Shown here in pieces: positions 59,410-64,000 of a stretch of DNA of 64,000 nt; the stretch's first letter is position 1; each line of letters starts with the position of its first letter. The translations under genes and the position numbers were made by a program. The stretch comes from an uncultured delta proteobacterium (GTDB lineage Bacteria > Desulfobacterota > Binatia > Binatales > Binataceae), in contig CAWEEQ010000004.1 of assembly GCA_963808235.1 (NCBI GenBank), positions 2,176,001 through 2,240,000 on the forward strand, written 5' to 3'. The notes below the pieces were generated by a model, which was not told the DNA's origin, made no database searches, and saw only the letters and a program-made list of their open reading frames with translations.

Positions 59410-60507
59410 ATGCAAAAGCCAATTATCTCCGCCGACTCTCATATCACCGAACCGCCCGGCACCTACGTGGACCGGATCGACGCCAAGTACAAAGACACTG
59501 CGCCGCACATGATTCACGACGAGAAGCTCGGCGATGTTTTTCTGGTTAAGGATTTCCCGCGCCCGATTAACGTCGCGTTGGCGGCCGCGGCCGGCAAGGA
59601 CGCCAGCGAGCTCAGGACTATCGGTGCAAAGTTCGACGACATGCATCGCGGCGGATGGGATCCGAACGCGCGCATGGCGGACCAGGATCGCGACGGCGTC
59701 GCCGCCGAGATCATCTACCCAACGGTCGGGATGATCCTCTGCAACCATCGTGACTTCGATTACAAGAAGGCCTGTTTCGACGCCTACAACCTGTGGATTG
59801 GCGAGTACTGCGCCGCGCATCCCGAACGACTTATCGGCTGCGGACAGACGGCGATGCGCTCGGTCGAAGAAGGTATCGAGGATTTGCGCAAGATGAAGGC
59901 GCTCGGGCTGAAGGGCGTCATGATGCCGGGAAATCCGAAGCTCGAGGACTACGACAACACTATCTACGATCCTTTTTACGAGGCGGCGGTAGATTTGGAA
60001 ATGCCGCTCAGCTTTCACATCCTGACCAGCAGCACCGATAACTTTCAGACTCGCGGCCCCAAGCTGAACAGCTTTCTGTCGATCATCCGCGGATGCCAGG
60101 ACATCATCGGCACCTTCGTGCTCGGCGGAGTTTTCGAGCGGCATCCCAAGCTGAAACTGGTATGCGTCGAAGCCGACGCCGGCTGGGTACCGCACTATAT
60201 GTACCGGATGGATCATGCTTACGATCGGCATCGGTACTGGCTAACGGCTGGTACGCTTTCAAAGATGCCAAGTGAGTATTTCCGCGAGAACGTATACACT
60301 ACCTTCCAGGACGACTACGTAGCATTCAAGGTTAAAGATCTTTGCAATATCCATCGCTTGATGTGGGCGAACGACTTTCCGCATAGCGACTCGACCTGGC
60401 CGTGGTCGCAGGAAATTCTGAGCAAGCAGACCGCGGGGATGACGCAAGACGAGAAGAATTTCGTCCTGCACGACAACGTCGCGGAGCTCTATCATCTGAG
60501 CATCTAG
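59410..60507 (+). CDS. Amidohydrolase family protein (Amidohydro_2)
   Basis: ISADSHITEP, DQDRDGV.AEIIYPT, LSFH, GVFERHPKLK..VE and MWANDFPHSDSTWP motifs. Confidence 0.93.
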   Translation: MQKPIISADSHITEPPGTYVDRIDAKYKDTAPHMIHDEKLGDVFLVKDFPRPINVALAAAAGKDASELRTIGAKFDDMHRGGWDPNARMADQDRDGVAAEIIYPTVGMILCNHRDFDYKKACFDAYNLWIGEYCAAHPERLIGCGQTAMRSVEEGIEDLRKMKALGLKGVMMPGNPKLEDYDNTIYDPFYEAAVDLEMPLSFHILTSSTDNFQTRGPKLNSFLSIIRGCQDIIGTFVLGGVFERHPKLKLVCVEADAGWVPHYMYRMDHAYDRHRYWLTAGTLSKMPSEYFRENVYTTFQDDYVAFKVKDLCNIHRLMWANDFPHSDSTWPWSQEILSKQTAGMTQDEKNFVLHDNVAELYHLSI

Positions 60508-60520
60508 CACTTTGTTCCCG

Positions 60521-60570
60521 GCGCCGGCGCAGTTACACTTGGCTTAGTGTTTCGCGCCGGCGCTTTTTTT
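60521..60570 (+). terminator. Candidate intrinsic terminator downstream of the amidohydrolase
   Basis: GCGCCGGCGC...GCGCCGGCGC stem with an inner ACAC/GTGT pairing, followed by T7. Confidence 0.5.
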
Positions 60571-60592
60571 ATTCCATCAAGCGAGGGAAAGC

Positions 60593-61030
60593 ATGAAAGC
60601 CAACGCGCCCAAGTGGATCGTCGCCCTACTCTGGATAATTGCGGCGATGGATATCGTCAACGGCATCGAGATGTTTTTCTTTCCATCCGCGTGGTTCTTC
60701 CGGCTGGTCCCGGGAGTCACCGAGACCGGACCGTTCAACGAGCACCTGGTCATGGATGGCGGCACATTTTTTCTGGCGGTCGGAGTCGGATTGGTGATAG
60801 CCGCGTTGAATCCGCGTGGGAACGCGATCGCAGTCGTGGTCGCCGCCGTCGCGGGCGTCATGCATTCGATCCTTCACTTGTACTCACACGCCGTCGGCAT
60901 ACTATCGCCGAAGCATATGGTGACCGAGATACTTGGTATCTACATTCCGGCGCTGGTTCTAATTGCTATTGCCATCAATCTCTATAGTCAGCCGTACCAG
61001 GCGCGCGCGATTCCGGCGCGAGCCGCGTAA
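60593..61030 (+). CDS. Small 4-TM membrane protein (DUF4345-like)
   Basis: Hydrophobic helices, PGVTETGPFNEHLVMDGG and H..LHLY.H. Confidence 0.65.
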   Translation: MKANAPKWIVALLWIIAAMDIVNGIEMFFFPSAWFFRLVPGVTETGPFNEHLVMDGGTFFLAVGVGLVIAALNPRGNAIAVVVAAVAGVMHSILHLYSHAVGILSPKHMVTEILGIYIPALVLIAIAINLYSQPYQARAIPARAA

Positions 61031-61046
61031 TTGGAGAAGTTGAACA

Positions 61047-61622
61047 ATGCGTATCGAAGGACTCGAAGAGAAGCAATTCAGTTGGATTCTGAAGCCGATG
61101 ACCTGGATGATGAAGCGACGAGTCGGCAAAGTGCTGAATCCGTACAAAGCGTGGGCCTATCGTCCGGGGATTACGTTCGCGATGTCGATCTTCATGCAGT
61201 CAGTCGAAGGCTCCAAGGTAACTAGCCCTACGTTGAAACGGCTGGTCTGTTTGCGCGCTGCGCAAATGGTCGGCTGCGTCTTCTGAATAGATATCAATGC
61301 TGCCGGAGGCAGCGCTTTGAAAATAAGCGACGATAAGCTGGCCGCAATCGCGGACTACGAAGAGAATCCGCTGTTCACGCCGGCCGAACGCGCCGCGCTC
61401 CGCTATACCGAGGAGATGACGCTCAGTTCGGTCGACGTGCCCGACCAGGTATTCGAAGAATTGCGGCGCCACTTCAACACCGAGGAAATCGTCGATCTCA
61501 CCGCGACTATTGCGCTCGAGAATATGCGCGCGCGATTCAATCGAGCGTTGCAGGTCGAAAGCGATGAGATATGCCGCCTGCCCGCGCATCATCCGGCGCT
61601 CGCCGCGACGCCTCGGAACTGA
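61047..61622 (+). CDS. AhpD/carboxymuconolactone decarboxylase-like selenoprotein (CxxU, Sec at UGA 61284-61286), 191 aa
   Basis: ORFs 61047-61286 and 61317-61622 are in one frame, separated only by TGA. Readthrough gives LKRLVCLRAAQMVGCVF-U-IDIN...AERAALRY..EM..LRRHF..EEIVDLT..IALEN..RFN. Confidence 0.85.
61287..61314 (+). promoter_or_regulatory. Bacterial SECIS-like hairpin
   Basis: GCTGCC-GGA-GGCAGC stem-loop (61299-61313). The G-initiated apical loop begins 18 nt after the UGA. Confidence 0.75.
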
Positions 61623-61692
61623 ACGCCGCGGCGCTGCGGTCGCGATTGCGCGCGCGACTCCCCGCTACTGACCAGAGATGCACTTTCGGTCC

Positions 61693-61735
61693 AGAGTCGT
61701 GATTTTATCGAGAGTCGCGATTTTATCGAGTCGCG
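61693..61735. repeat. 18-bp tandem repeat (2 copies plus a partial) upstream of the second RND operon
   Basis: agagtcgtgattttatcg agagtcgcgattttatcg agtcgcg. Confidence 0.75.
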
Positions 61736-61865
61736 TGGGCCTGATAATATCCTCACCGTCGATTTGCCGACAGAGGCGGCCATGCGGCTATGCCATTGAT
61801 TCTGCCGTGACTTGATCCTGATACCGTAACCTTGGCCTTGGCGGCCCGTTTTCGAGATCGCGGAG

Positions 61866-63026
61866 TTGAAAGAAATTTTTACGTTGAAGGAATTGTGCGT
61901 ATCGACGCGCGCGATAGCGATCGCCTCGACGCTCGTGCTGGTTGCGCTCGGCGGATGCTCGCACGGTCCCGCTGACTCCTTCAGCGAGCGCGAGGCTGTG
62001 CCGGTGCTGGCGGCGAAGGTCGTGCAAAAAACGGTGGCCGACACGATTCATGCGATCGGCCGAGTCGAGGCGTTCTCGACCGTCGACGTCAAGGCGCAGA
62101 TCAGCGGCCAGGTAATGCAGGTGAACTTCCGGCAGGGACAGGATGTCAAGCAAGGCGACTTGCTCTTCACGATCGATCCGCGTCCGTTCGAAGCGGCGCT
62201 GCGCCAGGCGCAAGCGAACCTCGCCAAGGATCGAGCGCAAGCCCGTCAGGCCGCCGTCGATGAACGCCGCCAAGCGTCCCTGCTCAAGCAGAACGTGGGC
62301 TCGCGGCAGCAATACGATCAAGCCCAGGCAAGCGCCGCATCGCTCGCAGCCACCGTGCAGGCCGACGAGGCTGCCGTGCAGACGGCAAGGCTGAACCTCG
62401 AGTACACCGAGATTCGCGCGCCGCTCGACGGACGCACTGGAGATCTGCTGGTCCACGCCGGCAACCTCGTCAAGCCCGATGCGGACACGGCGATGGTCGT
62501 GATCAACCAGGTGCATCCGGTCTACGTTGACTTCGCAGTCCCCGAGCACAAGCTGCCGGAGGTTCGCGCCTACATGGCGAAGCACAAGCTCGGTGTCGAA
62601 GTTTCGCTGCCCGAGCAACAGGGTCCCACGGAGACCGGCGAGCTGAGCTTCGTGGATAACAGCGTCGATGCGAAGACCGGAACGATCAATCTGAAGGGGC
62701 TCTTCGCCAATGCGGACGCGCGGCTGTGGCCGGGCGAGTTCGTAAACACGACGCTCATCTTGAACCAGCGCAACGACGCGATCCTGGTGCCGTCCGAGGC
62801 GATTCAGAGCGGTGCGGAAGGCTCGCACGTTTTCGTCGTGCAGCCGGGAATGAAAGCCGAGATGCGCGAAGTCGTAGTCGGCGAATCGCTCGACAACATG
62901 ACCGTCGTCACCCGCGGACTCAAAGCCGGCGAGACGGTTGTGACCGACGGACAGCTGCGGCTGATTCCCGGCGCGAAAGTGACTATCAAGAGCGGGCTCG
63001 CCGCGAACGGCGGAGTGGCGTCATGA
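61866..63026 (+). CDS. RND efflux periplasmic adaptor (lipoprotein)
   Basis: Lipobox LGGC, STVDVKAQISGQ, IDPRPF, IRAPLDGRTG, DNSVDAKTGTI and LWPGEFV. Exact start uncertain. Confidence 0.92.
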   Translation: MKEIFTLKELCVSTRAIAIASTLVLVALGGCSHGPADSFSEREAVPVLAAKVVQKTVADTIHAIGRVEAFSTVDVKAQISGQVMQVNFRQGQDVKQGDLLFTIDPRPFEAALRQAQANLAKDRAQARQAAVDERRQASLLKQNVGSRQQYDQAQASAASLAATVQADEAAVQTARLNLEYTEIRAPLDGRTGDLLVHAGNLVKPDADTAMVVINQVHPVYVDFAVPEHKLPEVRAYMAKHKLGVEVSLPEQQGPTETGELSFVDNSVDAKTGTINLKGLFANADARLWPGEFVNTTLILNQRNDAILVPSEAIQSGAEGSHVFVVQPGMKAEMREVVVGESLDNMTVVTRGLKAGETVVTDGQLRLIPGAKVTIKSGLAANGGVAS

Positions 63027-64000
63027 ATATCGCGCAACCATTCATTCGCCGCCCGGTTATGACGACGCTGAGTTCGCTCGCGATCGTCTTGTTCGGACTG
63101 ATGGCGTATCGATTTCTGCCGGTGAACGATCTGCCTAACGTCGATTTTCCGACGATCGTTGTCAGCGCAAGCCTGCCCGGCGCGAGTCCGGAAACAATGG
63201 CCTCGTCGGTCGCAACGCCGCTCGAAAAACAATTCTCGACGATAGCCGGGCTCGACTCGATGACCTCGAGCAATATCCAGGGCTCGACCAACATAACTTT
63301 GCAGTTCGATCTTACGCGCAATATCGACGCCGGCGCGCAGGACGTGCAGGCCGCAATCGCCGAGACGCAGGCGCAACTGCCGCAAGGGATGCCGAGTCCG
63401 CCGTCGTATCGCAAAGTGAATCCCGCCGACCAGCCGATTCTTTACTTGGGCCTCAGCTCGAAGACGATGCCGATCTCGCAGGTCGACGAGTACGCCGAGA
63501 CCTACCTCGCCGAGCGCATCTCGATGATCAGCGGCGTCGCGCAGGTCCAGGTTTACGGCTCGCAGAAATACGCAGTGCGCATTCAGCTCGATCCCAAGGC
63601 GCTCGCAACTCGCGGCATCGGCATCAACGAAGTCTCGCAGGCAATCCAGGACGCCAATGTCGATATGCCGACCGGCACGCTCTATGGGGCACATCAGGCG
63701 TTCACCGTCCAGGCGCACGGGCAGTTGACGAACGCGGCGGCGTACCGCCCGCTGATCGTCGCTTATCAAAACGGATCGCCGGTCCGCATCGAGGACATCG
63801 GCCGCGTGCTCGACAGCGTGCAGAACGACAAGACCGCCGGATGGTCGAACGGCGAGCGCTCGGTGGTGCTCGCGATTCAGCGTCAGCCCGGAACCAATAC
63901 GGTCCAGGTGGTCGACAACGTGCTGCGGCTGCTTCCCGCTTTCAGAGCGGAAGTGCCGGTCGCGCTACATATCAACACGCTCGGCGATCACGCGGAGACG
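63023..64000 (+). CDS. RND efflux permease (3'-truncated by window edge)
   Basis: [53 protein letters not shown], open to the window end. ATGA overlap with the adaptor gene. Confidence 0.93.
   Translation, partial: MNIAQPFIRRPVMTTLSSLAIVLFGLMAYRFLPVNDLPNVDFPTIVVSASLPGASPETMASSVATPLEKQFSTIAGLDSMTSSNIQGSTNITLQFDLTRNIDAGAQDVQAAIAETQAQLPQGMPSPPSYRKVNPADQPILYLGLSSKTMPISQVDEYAETYLAERISMISGVAQVQVYGSQKYAVRIQLDPKALATRGIGINEVSQAIQDANVDMPTGTLYGAHQAFTVQAHGQLTNAAAYRPLIVAYQNGSPVRIEDIGRVLDSVQNDKTAGWSNGERSVVLAIQRQPGTNTVQVVDNVLRLLPAFRAEVPVALHINTLGDHAET

Noticed and set aside
61047-61622. Two separate small CDS (79 aa and 101 aa) or a nonsense pseudogene
   Set aside because: The stop is a UGA exactly at the CxxC second Cys position with a SECIS-like hairpin, so selenocysteine readthrough explains it better.

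Overview
GC-rich bacterial window with a diderm gene set (outer-membrane barrels, RND pumps). The mix of amidohydrolase, LLM/F420-type and PPOX genes resembles Candidatus Binatota, but that is inference only. Positions 1-36150 hold a large Wzx/Wzy-type surface-polysaccharide locus: OM beta-barrel, Wzc, O-antigen ligase/polymerase, priming transferase, flippase and GT2/GT4/GT-C enzymes. Its tailoring set is unusually rich: 4 TylF-like O-methyltransferases, FkbM, 2 more SAM-MT domains, 2 sulfotransferases, a B12 radical SAM enzyme and a LbH acyltransferase. It also carries a possible FkbH-ACP-MBOAT(FIYFQF)-SGNH acyl relay that parallels Dlt, and a pol-beta nucleotidyltransferase. Three adjacent genes at about 10.0-13.9 kb are broken by many single-base indels (probably consensus errors). 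Positions 36170-64000 contain AlgH, PPOX, two GSTs, TetR plus MdtABC-type RND, two OM barrels, ADH and an LLM oxidoreductase. Next come a SufR-like regulator with a double palindromic operator facing a Rieske-fused His-rich protein and a questin-oxidase-family protein, then an amidohydrolase and a second, truncated RND system. The clearest hidden feature is an AhpD-like selenoprotein (61047-61622, CxxU) that the ORF track splits at an in-frame UGA followed by a SECIS-like hairpin. No rRNA, tRNA, CRISPR array or transposase was recognised. All product calls come from motif recognition; no database search was run.
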